Positions 52,575-62,400 of a stretch of DNA of 64,000 nt are shown piece after piece (within the stretch, counting starts at the first letter, position 1; every line of letters starts with the position of its first letter). This DNA comes from an uncultured Christensenella sp. Its GTDB lineage: Bacteria > Bacillota > Clostridia > Christensenellales > CAG-917. The position numbers and the translations under genes are program-made. The notes beneath the pieces were generated by a model, which was not told where the DNA came from, made no database searches, and saw only the letters and a list, made by a program, of their open reading frames with translations. The stretch is from contig CAJTQT010000001.1 in the NCBI GenBank assembly GCA_910578325.1, positions 4,527 to 68,526 of the forward strand. The letters run 5' to 3'.

Positions 52575-53483
52575 ACTTTTGGCAAAAAATGATTTTTTTG
52601 TTTTCGCGTTTTCAACCGCCTCTTTTTGCAATCTGTTTTTTTGCGTCTTCGCAGGCTTTCCTTTTCCGCTCAAAGCAGATTCGAGCGTATTAGATAGCCT
52701 GTTTTTCAGCGCAAGAGCCTTTAAATCCGCTTCTGAAAGCACCGCGACGGGTTCGCCTTGCGGACCTATGATTTCAAACGTCGTTTCACAAGTCGACGCG
52801 ACGTGATGATACAGCCTTATAATCGGAGCGTCCTGCGAAATTCTCACCGTCTTACGCTCTACCCCCAGCATATAATTCTTGCTCGCACTGTCCAGAATGC
52901 TGATATACATCTCCTCTTTTGTTCCGAACGCCGAACCGTAAAACAGAAATACCGCTATTATTCCGAAAGTAAAATTGAGTCCGAAAAAGAAGGAACCTAT
53001 AAAAAGCCCTAAAAATATCACGCTGCAAACTATCCCCGCAATTTGCAAGCCTTTTATCGCTTTGAGTTTGTTTTTGCAAAGTCCGAGAACTATGCGCGAG
53101 CCGTCCAAAGGATATATCGGAAGCAGATTGAAAATGCCCAGAGAAAGATTTGCGTAAAAGAAAATCTCCGTATACGAATATACCGAGGGGAACAGCCACC
53201 ATACGCCCAGCGTGATAAGCGAGAGCACAAGATTGCAAACAGGACCTGCAAGCCCCACAAGTACAGAGGACGGACGGTCGAAATTCTCTTCCGTACTCAT
53301 CATTGCGCCGAACGGAAGGAGCACCATTTTCTTTACGGTAAACCCTCGCAGCCGCGCCATAGCCGCGTGCGCGAGTTCGTGAAGAATAAGCGCGATAAAC
53401 GTCAGCACAAACGCCTGCGCCCGCCCGAGCGCGACAAGCGCGAGAGCGAGCACGAAAAACAGCGGATGCACTTTTATCTGCAT
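52554..53483 (-). CDS. spoIVFB: M50 site-2 metalloprotease, SpoIVFB-like
   Basis: HELAHA zinc motif in a TM helix, the NLLPIYPLDG motif, and a C-terminal CBS-like domain are present. The position after the min genes matches Bacillus. Confidence 0.8.
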   Translation of the reverse strand: MQIKVHPLFFVLALALVALGRAQAFVLTFIALILHELAHAAMARLRGFTVKKMVLLPFGAMMSTEENFDRPSSVLVGLAGPVCNLVLSLITLGVWWLFPSVYSYTEIFFYANLSLGIFNLLPIYPLDGSRIVLGLCKNKLKAIKGLQIAGIVCSVIFLGLFIGSFFFGLNFTFGIIAVFLFYGSAFGTKEEMYISILDSASKNYMLGVERKTVRISQDAPIIRLYHHVASTCETTFEIIGPQGEPVAVLSEADLKALALKNRLSNTLESALSGKGKPAKTQKNRLQKEAVENAKTKKSFFAKSLKQRKT

Positions 53484-53496
53484 AGCGAAACTCTTA

Positions 53497-53733
53497 TCAG
53501 ATATTAGTCAGGAAATTCGCAACCGATTTGATTGCGTCCACAGCCGCGGACGCCTTAAAGATGTTCGCAAACAAAAATCCCAAAGATACGAATACGCCGA
53601 GCACGACAGGAACTATCGCGACATCGAGAAAGTCGATAGAATGTTTGCGGCGGCGTTTTTCCGTCACTCTGTTTTCTACAAATTCGTTTGTCGAAATTTC
53701 TACGTCAAGTTTTTTATTCTCGTCAAATTCCAT
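53497..53733 (-). CDS. Small bitopic membrane protein (78 aa), unknown function
   Basis: GAGGTG RBS and one TM helix (VAIVPVVLGVFVSLGFLFANIF). It occupies the slot upstream of spoIVFB. Confidence 0.5.
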   Translation of the reverse strand: MEFDENKKLDVEISTNEFVENRVTEKRRRKHSIDFLDVAIVPVVLGVFVSLGFLFANIFKASAAVDAIKSVANFLTNI

Positions 53734-53794
53734 ATTGTCACCTCGGCAATATCCTATTCTTTGAGAATCCGTTTTATACCTGACTTTGCAAAAA

Positions 53795-54046
53795 TCAGTA
53801 CCTTTTTATATCGAACGTCGTTTCAAACTGTTTTATTCGCGTTGCCGAAGCGGAAACGGTTATTCTGTACTCGCCGCTATCCATAAGAACTATGTCTATT
53901 TCCGCCGCGTCCGTCAAATCGAAATAATCGTTTAAAATACGGTTTAAGTCACCCGTCAGCGCGGTGGAAAACCCTTCTTTTACTCCCACCTTGTCGTGAA
54001 TGAGCATATCCCGCATACGTTTTGCAATCTCTCTGTCCCTTTTCAT
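53795..54046 (-). CDS. minE: Cell division topological specificity factor MinE
   Basis: 83 aa directly after minD. IAKRMRDMLIHDK matches the MinE AKERLxxxLxHDR block. Confidence 0.7.
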   Translation of the reverse strand: MKRDREIAKRMRDMLIHDKVGVKEGFSTALTGDLNRILNDYFDLTDAAEIDIVLMDSGEYRITVSASATRIKQFETTFDIKRY

Positions 54047-54058
54047 AATACCTCTCTA

Positions 54059-54808
54059 TTACCTTCTGCGGAACAAACGGTGTCTGTACTTTACGTCAAC
54101 GAAATTCTTTGTCGAATTCGCTACGTTTTCGGCAAGCGCGTCGTACGCCCTGTCGGACACCGAAGACTGCGGCATAGTTCCGAGTTGCTGATAAAGAGTT
54201 ATCATATCGTCTTCGGGAATTACGCCCACCGGCGGCGTATGGAGAAGGGAACCTATTTCAGCCGCGCCGATCATCTCTCCTCTCGAAACCATATCGGGAC
54301 GAACCCTGTTTACCACTATGGAAATATCGGAAAGTCTGTATCCTGCAAGCAGACTTATCACCTTGTCCGCGTCCCTGATTGCCGAAGCGGACGGCGTTGT
54401 AACTACAATAGCCTCGTCCGCAGCCGAAACAGCGCGGTGAAAACCGTGTTCAATTCCGGCGGGACAGTCTATAATGACAAAATCGAATTCGGAAAATCCG
54501 TCCACTATGCCTCTAAACGCCTGAGCGGTCAGCAATGTACTGTCCTTTGACGACGGGAGTATGCGCATAGGGCTCAGCGTATCCGCCACCAACGCCTGAA
54601 ACGCGCGGCATTTACCTGCAAGCACATCGCTCATATCGTAAACGACGCGGCGTTCTATTGCGGTCACGACGTCGAGATTGTTTAATCCCACGTCTCCGTC
54701 GACGAGCACTACTCTGTATCCGTTCAGCGCGAGTTTGCGCCCGAGCGCGGCGGTTACGGTCGTTTTGCCAACGCCGCCCTTTCCGGAAGTTATAACTATT
54801 CTTCTCAT
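54059..54808 (-). CDS. minD: Septum site-determining ATPase MinD
   Basis: Deviant Walker A SGKGGVGKTT and a ParA/MinD fold. The C-terminal amphipathic tail is basic. Confidence 0.9.
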   Translation of the reverse strand: MRRIVITSGKGGVGKTTVTAALGRKLALNGYRVVLVDGDVGLNNLDVVTAIERRVVYDMSDVLAGKCRAFQALVADTLSPMRILPSSKDSTLLTAQAFRGIVDGFSEFDFVIIDCPAGIEHGFHRAVSAADEAIVVTTPSASAIRDADKVISLLAGYRLSDISIVVNRVRPDMVSRGEMIGAAEIGSLLHTPPVGVIPEDDMITLYQQLGTMPQSSVSDRAYDALAENVANSTKNFVDVKYRHRLFRRR

Positions 54809-54914
54809 AGATATATAATAAAAAACAGACGGATGAAACTCCTGTCTGTTTTTGAGATAAAACGTATTTATTTGGCGAAAAAATATTATATTTCCCGCGC
54901 CTGTCTCCCCATTG

Positions 54915-55913
54915 TCAGGACAGTTTTATGCCAAGCATATCACCGAGCAGAACTTTATTGTCGAAAAACTTCGCGCCGCCGCTCGCAACGGCATTGTCCA
55001 TATCGCGCAAAAGCGTAATGGGCAATTCCAACGCCTGTTCAAGATACTGCAAGAGTCCGGGGATATGCAAACTGCCGCCCGTAACAAAAATACCCTTTCT
55101 CAGAATTTCCGCCGCAAGTTCGGGGGGAGTCTGATTGAGTACGGACATAATAACTTCGATAATATCGTCTACAAGCGGAATAACCGCGTCGCGCATCTCC
55201 TCGGCAGATACGTACAGGCTTCTCGGACTACCGTCCTTTCCGCCGCCCGACACCGCATAACTTCCCGCATCGTTCAGATAAAACGAAAGCGCGGACTGTT
55301 TCAGATTTTCAATTGTGTACTCGCCGACCTTTACTCCGTAATGCATATAAAGGCTATCGATAATAGCGTTATTAAACGCGTCTCCCGCTATATTTACGGA
55401 ACAACCCGCCGCAATACCTCTGTTGGTCACCGCGGAGATTTCCGTCTTTCCTCCGCCGATATCCACAAAAAGACCTCCGATACTCCCCGTATATGCCAGA
55501 AGCGACAGCGGAGCCTCGACGAGAGTAACCTCTTTTATCCCCGCTTTCAGACAGCATTTTTCAACGGCGCGACGCTCCGAACCCGAAGACGACATACAGA
55601 TTGATACAATCGCTTTGATGCGCGGCGCAACGAGACTCGGCGGAAGGATTTTTTTAAGAAAATATTTAAGCATCATCGCCGCCATTTCCTCATCGACGAC
55701 AATTCCTTCCTTTATAGGAGCAATAATCTTTGCTCCGCCCAGCGAACCCGTCATAATGCTTTGCGCGCGATAACCGGCTTCGCGGATTTCAAGCCTGTTG
55801 CGCGCCTGCACCGCAATAGCAATAGCGGGCTCGCGCAAAACGGGACCTATTCCTTTTTGACAAATCGTAATGAATTTGCTTCCCAAATCGATAGAAAGTT
55901 CAACCGTTGACAT
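54915..55913 (-). CDS. mreB: MreB/Mbl-family actin-like protein (divergent)
   Basis: IDLGSKFITI phosphate-1, VDIGGGKTEI phosphate-2 and VTGGSLHIPGL adenosine motifs are present. 332 aa. Confidence 0.8.
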   Translation of the reverse strand: MSTVELSIDLGSKFITICQKGIGPVLREPAIAIAVQARNRLEIREAGYRAQSIMTGSLGGAKIIAPIKEGIVVDEEMAAMMLKYFLKKILPPSLVAPRIKAIVSICMSSSGSERRAVEKCCLKAGIKEVTLVEAPLSLLAYTGSIGGLFVDIGGGKTEISAVTNRGIAAGCSVNIAGDAFNNAIIDSLYMHYGVKVGEYTIENLKQSALSFYLNDAGSYAVSGGGKDGSPRSLYVSAEEMRDAVIPLVDDIIEVIMSVLNQTPPELAAEILRKGIFVTGGSLHIPGLLQYLEQALELPITLLRDMDNAVASGGAKFFDNKVLLGDMLGIKLS

Positions 55914-56493
55914 TTCTTACTCCGAATCCCGCAAGCACTTTTGCGAGTTTTTCCATCGGCAATCCCACAATATTTGTATAACTGCCCCTGTATTTTTCAA
56001 CTATAAGTCCGTCCTGTATGCCGTATGCGCCGGCTTTGTCGAGCGGATTTACGTCGTCCACATATTTCCTTATCTCATCTACGCTCAGTTTTTTGAGTTT
56101 TACCTTAGACTTCTCCGAAAAGCAAATTTCCCGTCCGTCGCAGATGACCATAACTCCAGTATACACCGAATGCCAACGTCCGCACAGCCTTGAAAGTATC
56201 TTTTCTGCGTCCTTATAGGAGCACGGCTTGCCGTAGACTTTTCCTCTCAATGCAACAACGGTATCCGCACCTATAACCGCAGCGTCAGGCTGTTGTTCCG
56301 CCCGCGCTTTTGCGGCGGACAACCGCTTTACAAGCATCCGCGGAGACGGAGCGCGCACCGCGCTCTCATCGATATCGGCGGGACGAATCTCAAATTCCAG
56401 TCCGTTAGATTGCAGAATTTCTCTTCTCCTCGGAGACGCCGAAGCAAGAATAATCCGCTTGTTGTTTGCATTCATATCGTCTTTTGCAGTCAA
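55900..56493 (-). CDS. maf: Maf-like nucleoside triphosphate pyrophosphatase
   Basis: IILASASPRRREIL and GAYGIQ motifs are present. It overlaps the mreB start by 14 nt. Confidence 0.9.
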   Translation of the reverse strand: MTAKDDMNANNKRIILASASPRRREILQSNGLEFEIRPADIDESAVRAPSPRMLVKRLSAAKARAEQQPDAAVIGADTVVALRGKVYGKPCSYKDAEKILSRLCGRWHSVYTGVMVICDGREICFSEKSKVKLKKLSVDEIRKYVDDVNPLDKAGAYGIQDGLIVEKYRGSYTNIVGLPMEKLAKVLAGFGVRNVNG

Positions 56494-56526
56494 ACCGCAC
56501 CTCTTTGCGGCAGGTAAGAACTTTTA

Positions 56527-58047
56527 TCAGAGTATTTCGAGATTCTTTCCGTAAGCCGCCTTGAAATCAGCAGACGCGCTTATGGCGTCTTTTATTTCAA
56601 GCGAACAGTCTCCGCCGTTTTCAGTTTCGGTTTTGACGATAACGCTGTCGCCCAGCACGTCGCAGTTGACGCCCGTCACGACGCCGCTCTGGCTTCTGTC
56701 GAAACTCTCGGCTATCCGCAGAATTACGCTCAGTTTCCTTATCGCTTCAAGATCCTCCTGCGTAATCATATCCTTATACTTCAATATATCATCTCTCGAA
56801 AACTCCGTCTTTCTGTGACCGTACGCCACAAACGAAGCGAGAACGATGTCTTTATGCGGCACTCCGTAAAGGTTGCTGTTGAGAATTATATACTGAGAAT
56901 GTATCTGATGATTGTAGAATTTTATTCTCATACCGCTATCGTGCAAAAGCGCGGCGATTTTGAGCACTCGCACGTAAGCGCGCGGCATTTTGTGCAGAAC
57001 TTTAAGTTGCTTGAACAACTGTATGGAAAGATTGTATACGTGTTCGGCGTGATCGACGTTGATGTCGAAATACTTCATCTGCGTGAGAAGCGAATGTCCC
57101 AAAACGTCGCTGAGCGGACGTTCGTTTACGGACGGAACCGCATAGCGGAACATCGCTCCCTCCCTGAGTCCGCAACCGCTTACCGTTATTTTCTGGAACC
57201 CGAATTTACCTATCACCGCTTTCATAACCGCAAGCGCACTGGGGAAGATATCCGCCCTTCCGCTGGAAAGCCCCTTTATCTTCATAGTGCTGTTGAGGTC
57301 GAGTTTTTTTATCGTGTTATAGATATTGTCAAAATCCGAAGTGCTCAACTCGTAATTGTGAGTCATATTGAAAGGATATTTGCTTATCATTCTGCTGATT
57401 CTTCCGAGGTTGCGGAAACTTCCGCCCACGCCGACAAAAGAAGTATCCGGCTCCACCGTGTCAAGCCAGGACACCTTTTCCAACTGATCCGAAATGAAAT
57501 CCTCTATTTTCTGCGCTCTTTCCTGCGGAGTGGATACGTCCGCCTTGAACAAATCCGTGAGCGTAACCGCGCCGAAAGGAAGCGTCTCGTAATGTATGAG
57601 ATTGCGTCTGTTGTAATAAATGAGATTCGTCGAACCGCCGCCCATTTCCATTATGAGACCTTTGGGGATATCCATAGAATTTATAACGCCCTGATATACG
57701 AGCATAGCCTGTTCTTCTACGGAGAGCACCTTGATCTTAATCCCGCAGGTCATCGCCACTTCGTCAAGAAAACTCTTCTGGTTTTTGGCACGGCGCACCG
57801 CGGCGGTGGCATACGCGAAAATCTTGTCCACGCGGTTAGCGTCGCAGAGCCTGCGGAACATAGTTAGCGTCTTTATGGTCTGTGCAATACGCTGCGGTTT
57901 GATGAAACCGTCCCAATCCATATCCTGACCGAGACGCACCGTTTCTTTAAGTTCGTCAAAAACGACGAAATGTCCGCCGTCGAGGACGTTGACAAGCACT
58001 AATCTTGCCGAATTCGAACCGAGATCGATAATTGCTATCTTTTCCAT
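56527..58047 (-). CDS. ppx: Ppx/GppA-family exopolyphosphatase with C-terminal HD domain
   Basis: IAIIDLGSNSARLV, the GGGS block and the HD-domain LLHDSG are present. Confidence 0.85.
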   Translation of the reverse strand: MEKIAIIDLGSNSARLVLVNVLDGGHFVVFDELKETVRLGQDMDWDGFIKPQRIAQTIKTLTMFRRLCDANRVDKIFAYATAAVRRAKNQKSFLDEVAMTCGIKIKVLSVEEQAMLVYQGVINSMDIPKGLIMEMGGGSTNLIYYNRRNLIHYETLPFGAVTLTDLFKADVSTPQERAQKIEDFISDQLEKVSWLDTVEPDTSFVGVGGSFRNLGRISRMISKYPFNMTHNYELSTSDFDNIYNTIKKLDLNSTMKIKGLSSGRADIFPSALAVMKAVIGKFGFQKITVSGCGLREGAMFRYAVPSVNERPLSDVLGHSLLTQMKYFDINVDHAEHVYNLSIQLFKQLKVLHKMPRAYVRVLKIAALLHDSGMRIKFYNHQIHSQYIILNSNLYGVPHKDIVLASFVAYGHRKTEFSRDDILKYKDMITQEDLEAIRKLSVILRIAESFDRSQSGVVTGVNCDVLGDSVIVKTETENGGDCSLEIKDAISASADFKAAYGKNLEIL

Positions 58048-58235
58048 TATTATTCTCCCGTCTAAATACTCCGAAGTGTATACGGAATATCAGTTCTTGA
58101 ATTACACGCGTTTTCCGCGCCCCTGTTTCCGCCCTTAAACACAATAATCAAGAAGTATACTTCTTGAACTTCAAACGGCGCGTCGGCAACACAGTACCTT
58201 GCAACCGAAACACCGCCGCTATTAAACTTGTATTG

Positions 58236-58264
58236 ATTATAACTTAATTGAAATGAGTTGTAAA
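58236..58264 (-). promoter_or_regulatory. Candidate sigma-A promoter upstream of ppx
   Basis: The minus strand reads TTTACA (58264-58259), a 17-nt spacer, then TATAAT (58241-58236). This leaves a leader of about 185 nt. Confidence 0.45.
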
Positions 58265-58326
58265 TACCCCTTTTTATGTTTTTGTCAACTTTTCGGATTA
58301 AAAGCGGAATAAATTCAACACGAGGG

Positions 58327-58737
58327 TTAAGTTTGACGGCTTGTTTTTTTATTTTTTTGTTTTCCGAACCTGAAATTCGCGGCTGTCTTGAACACCAGCG
58401 AACCGACCGCGACAACGCACAGGAATCCGCCGAAAAGTTTTTTGAGCAAATCGCCGTCTATCCGCGTTGCAAAAACGGAAGCGGCGGCGCACGTAACTAA
58501 CGCGGGCAGCAACAGCCATCCCAGATTTTGAGTCTTTACAAGTCCGTTATTTGTGTGTAACGCAAGCGCGATGGCGCCCGACGGCAAAAACGCAATCAGA
58601 TTTGCATACTGGGCAGTAAGTTGCCCTACCCCCAACACCAACACTAACAGCGGAAGCGTCAGCGTTCCTCCGCCCATACCCATTCCTGCAAGAATCCCTC
58701 CGAGCACGCCCGCGAGAATAAAATATAAAAAATTCAT
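58327..58737 (-). CDS. Half-size TauE/SafE (TSUP) family membrane protein, second half
   Basis: 136 aa with 4 TM segments. ILAGVLGGILAGMGMGGGTLTLPLL is a TSUP glycine-rich motif. Confidence 0.7.
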   Translation of the reverse strand: MNFLYFILAGVLGGILAGMGMGGGTLTLPLLVLVLGVGQLTAQYANLIAFLPSGAIALALHTNNGLVKTQNLGWLLLPALVTCAAASVFATRIDGDLLKKLFGGFLCVVAVGSLVFKTAANFRFGKQKNKKTSRQT

Positions 58738-58779
58738 AATCTTCTCCTAAATCAATATTACTGCATTAGAATATCGAAA

Positions 58780-59214
58780 TCATCCTGTAATCATCTTTAT
58801 TCCCGCAAAAAGCATAAGTCCGTAAAAGAGAAACGAAAGCAATTCGTTGGAAAGTTTTTTGAGCAATAACGCGCCGATTATTCCCCCTCCGACCACACCG
58901 ATCACGGTGGGCAGAATCACTCCCCACTCGAACGAGCCTCTTACGGAATAAACCACCGTGCTCACGAGACACAGCGGAAGAATCACCGCTATTGCGGTCG
59001 CGTGCGAATGCCTGTCGTCAAGTCCGCCTATAAACGAGAGCGCGGGAACGGCAAGCATCCCGCCTCCCGCTCCGAAAATTCCGTTTACTATTCCTATAAA
59101 CAAACCCGCAAGAGCAAGAAACAATCTGCGTTTTTTTATGCTCTTTGCTTTTAGACGGTTATATTTAAAGGTGTTGCCGTCAATTATTCTGTTGTAAAAC
59201 ACCGTATCCGCCAT
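58780..59214 (-). CDS. Half-size TauE/SafE (TSUP) family membrane protein, first half
   Basis: 144 aa with 4 TM segments. GIVNGIFGAGGGMLAVPAL is a TSUP motif. Confidence 0.7.
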   Translation of the reverse strand: MADTVFYNRIIDGNTFKYNRLKAKSIKKRRLFLALAGLFIGIVNGIFGAGGGMLAVPALSFIGGLDDRHSHATAIAVILPLCLVSTVVYSVRGSFEWGVILPTVIGVVGGGIIGALLLKKLSNELLSFLFYGLMLFAGIKMITG

Positions 59215-59293
59215 ATAAAATCCCCCTTTCGCAGCCGCGAAACATTAAAATCACGATTAGTGTTTTTAATTTAACGGAAAGTATGAAAATTTA

Positions 59294-59322
59294 TTGCCAA
59301 AAGGGGCTTTTTGTATTAGAAT
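59294..59322 (+). promoter_or_regulatory. Candidate sigma-A promoter for the 1465-aa surface protein gene
   Basis: TTGCCA (59294-59299), a 17-nt spacer, then TAGAAT (59317-59322). The leader contains the 14-bp palindrome GCGCGTATACGCGC. Confidence 0.5.
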
Positions 59323-59415
59323 GTTTAATCATATATATTTATGCGGCGCGTATACGCGCACGCGTTTAGGTATTGATAGGGCGAAAGCCTAAAAATAAAT
59401 CTTTACAGGTTTGGT

Positions 59416-62400
59416 ATGAACAAGAAGAAATTTACTGTACTGGCTCTACTGATGGTTGTGATACTTACGCTCACCACCTGCCTGTTCGTTGCCTGCAACC
59501 CCGATAATTCGGACGACGGCACGAATAAGGAAATCAAGGCGACGGAAGGATTGCTCATCAACAACAGCGACTTCAAGGTCGTGGACACGTCCGTAAAGAC
59601 GTATCCGCGCTCACTGACGAGTTGGACGGGCGCGAAGATGTATTCGACGAGCACGTTCAGAGACGACGTAACCGCGGGTATTATAAACCTCGAACAGTCG
59701 TTGTACAACGCGAACAAGTCGAAGTGGGAAGACGTTGACGACGTCATTCGCGAGAAACTTCTCGCAGGCGGAAGATACGGTTCCGACGACGAAATCAAAA
59801 ACGCGCTTATGATTTATATGCCCGAGGAAACCACAAACAGCAACGGCAATAAAATCCACGGCGCAACCGCATACGGCTATACGTCCACGAGTTTCACTCT
59901 CGACAAAGGTTCGTACTATAAACTCACCGTCGACGTACTCACCTACGACATCGCAGGCGAAAAAGACGACAAGGGCAACCCCGTCGAGGGAAGCCAGCCC
60001 GGAGCGCGCATTTACGTAAGTTCCAACACTTACGCCGAATTTGCGGGCATCGACACGAAGGGCGAGTGGAAGACTTACACCATTTATATCGAAACGGCTC
60101 CCGCCGCTACAACCAGCCTTACGCTTCAACTCGGTCTGGGTAAATATCAATCCTACTTCACCAAAGGTCTGACGACGGGATATGCGTTTTTCGATAACGT
60201 TCTTCTCGAAAAAATCGAAGAAGACGGCTCCGAAAAATTCGCTGACGCTTTGGAGCAGGAAAAGACCGACGGCGGAGTTGCAACCGCTACTCTGAAAGTT
60301 CCCAACGGACGTTTCGAGTTCGGCTCCACCACCATTTCGTCTTCCGGCGCGCCCAGTTCCTGGACGCTCACTCCCGGCAACAGCGGCAAGGACGATCCCG
60401 CACCCTCTTCTCTGGGCTACAACGCGGTTATCGATCTGAGCAAATTTGCCGACAACTATACAAAGTATTCCTCGACATATCACACCAGAAGCGGCGACAA
60501 CTCCACTAATACGGAATATATCCCCGCCAAAAATCTGAGCAACATCGTCGATTTGATTACCGCGTACGAAGGCAGAGTCGGCAACAACGCCTTTATGCTC
60601 TCCCAGCAACTTATGACCGCTCAGGGCATAAAGTCCTCTCGTACTATCACAATCGAAAAGAACAAAATCTATAAACTCTCCGTTCAACTGTACACTTACG
60701 CAATCCACGGAGCGGGCGTTTCGCTTATCCTTACCGGAAGCGACGGCAAGGACATCGTCATAAAGGGCATTTCCTCCGCGCCGTCCGACAACGTGTTTAT
60801 CGGTTCGACCATTATAGACCCCGACAACAAGGGCTATACCAGCGGCGAAGACACGGGCGCGAGCACAAACGGCTGGACAACGTATTCCTTCTATATTCAG
60901 GGCAACCAGTTCAAAGATTATTCGTACAATATGAACATCTGGCTGGGTACGGAAGGCACAAACAGCAATAAGCAGGTCAAATATCACAGTTACACATCCA
61001 ACTCCGACAACGCGACGACTTATCGCGCCAACGGAACGTTCTCGAACGGCTGGGTGTTTATCGACGACCTCGCTCTTGACGAAATCAGCGTACTCCCCGA
61101 GGCTGACGCAGGCGTCGGCATTATGGGCGCAAACGAAAATCAGACTCTCGACTGCGCAGTAAGCGGCAACAATTACACATCTCTCCTTGTCGACCTGACG
61201 ACTGATAACCTCTTTGGCGAAGGAGAAGATTACATGCTCGATAACGCGTCCGGCAAGACGTCTCTCGACGGCATCAACGCAATCGGAAGCGGCGCGCCGA
61301 AAGGCTGGAAGAGCAACTTCGACGTCACCGACGAATCGAATCCCGTCATCGCGGATAACTCGGGCGAGAGTTTCATAAGCGAAGGCATCGTTGACCTCAC
61401 AAGCGAAAGCACTTTCAAAACCGCTGTCGGCGACGCGCACGTCTATCCCGGTCTACCTTACAACACCGTTTCCAAAAACGCGTATATGATGCACTCCGCA
61501 AAAGTCGGATATTTCGAAGTAGACACGGATACGTTAACAATCAAAGCGAATCAATTCTACCGCATCTCACTGTGGCTCAAAACGACGGACGTCAGCGCGA
61601 CAAGCGGCGCGTACGTATACCTCGTCGATAAATCCGCCGAGGAAGAAGCGAATCTGACCAGTTTCACTAAAATCAACACCAAAGATTACGACGAGTATCT
61701 CAACGACTGGTGCGAAATCACAATGGTCATTCGCGGCGCGTCCGACAAAGACACCGACGTTGCGTTGCGCTTCACTCTGGGTACAGGCAACAGATTTGCC
61801 GCGTCCACTTTGACGAGCGGCGCGCTGTTCATCACAAATATGAATATGTCCACCATTACGTATGCAAACTTCAACGATACGAAGACGAGCACCTACGTAA
61901 AATCCGTGGATATGAGCGAATCGTATACCTACACTTTCACAAACGGAAACTTTGACGATTACGACCTCGACGACGAGAATCTTGCGGACGGCAAGCCCCT
62001 CAAAGAGCAGGACGTTGCCGCAACTCCCGACGAGTGGACAATCAACGACAATACGCTCGATATAAACGGCAAAAACGATTCCACCCTCTTCGCGGGCGTT
62101 ATCGCGCTCACTCCCGACGAGGACAGACTGCACTTCTCCACCAGCCATCAGGCTGAAACGGCGACCGGCATATCTTCGGATATTTTCAACAACTTCTATG
62201 ACGTTGACAATTATTCCGAGGAATACCTCAATTCGCTCGGCGGTCCGAATATGCTTGCAATAGGCAGCAAGGACGACAAGAGTTATGCCGCGGGCTTCGC
62301 TTCCGCAAGCGTAACGCTTTCGGCGAACACCTATTACAGCCTCAGCGTTTACGTCAAAACCGTAGGAAAAACGACTGCGAGCGTATTCCTCACAGGTGAA

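Noticed and set aside
59611-61440. A 609-aa ORF antisense to the large surface protein gene.
   Set aside because: It lies entirely inside and opposite a gene with clear modular protein logic. Its translation is Arg/Val/Ala-rich low-information sequence with no RBS. It is a typical shadow ORF of a GC3-biased gene.
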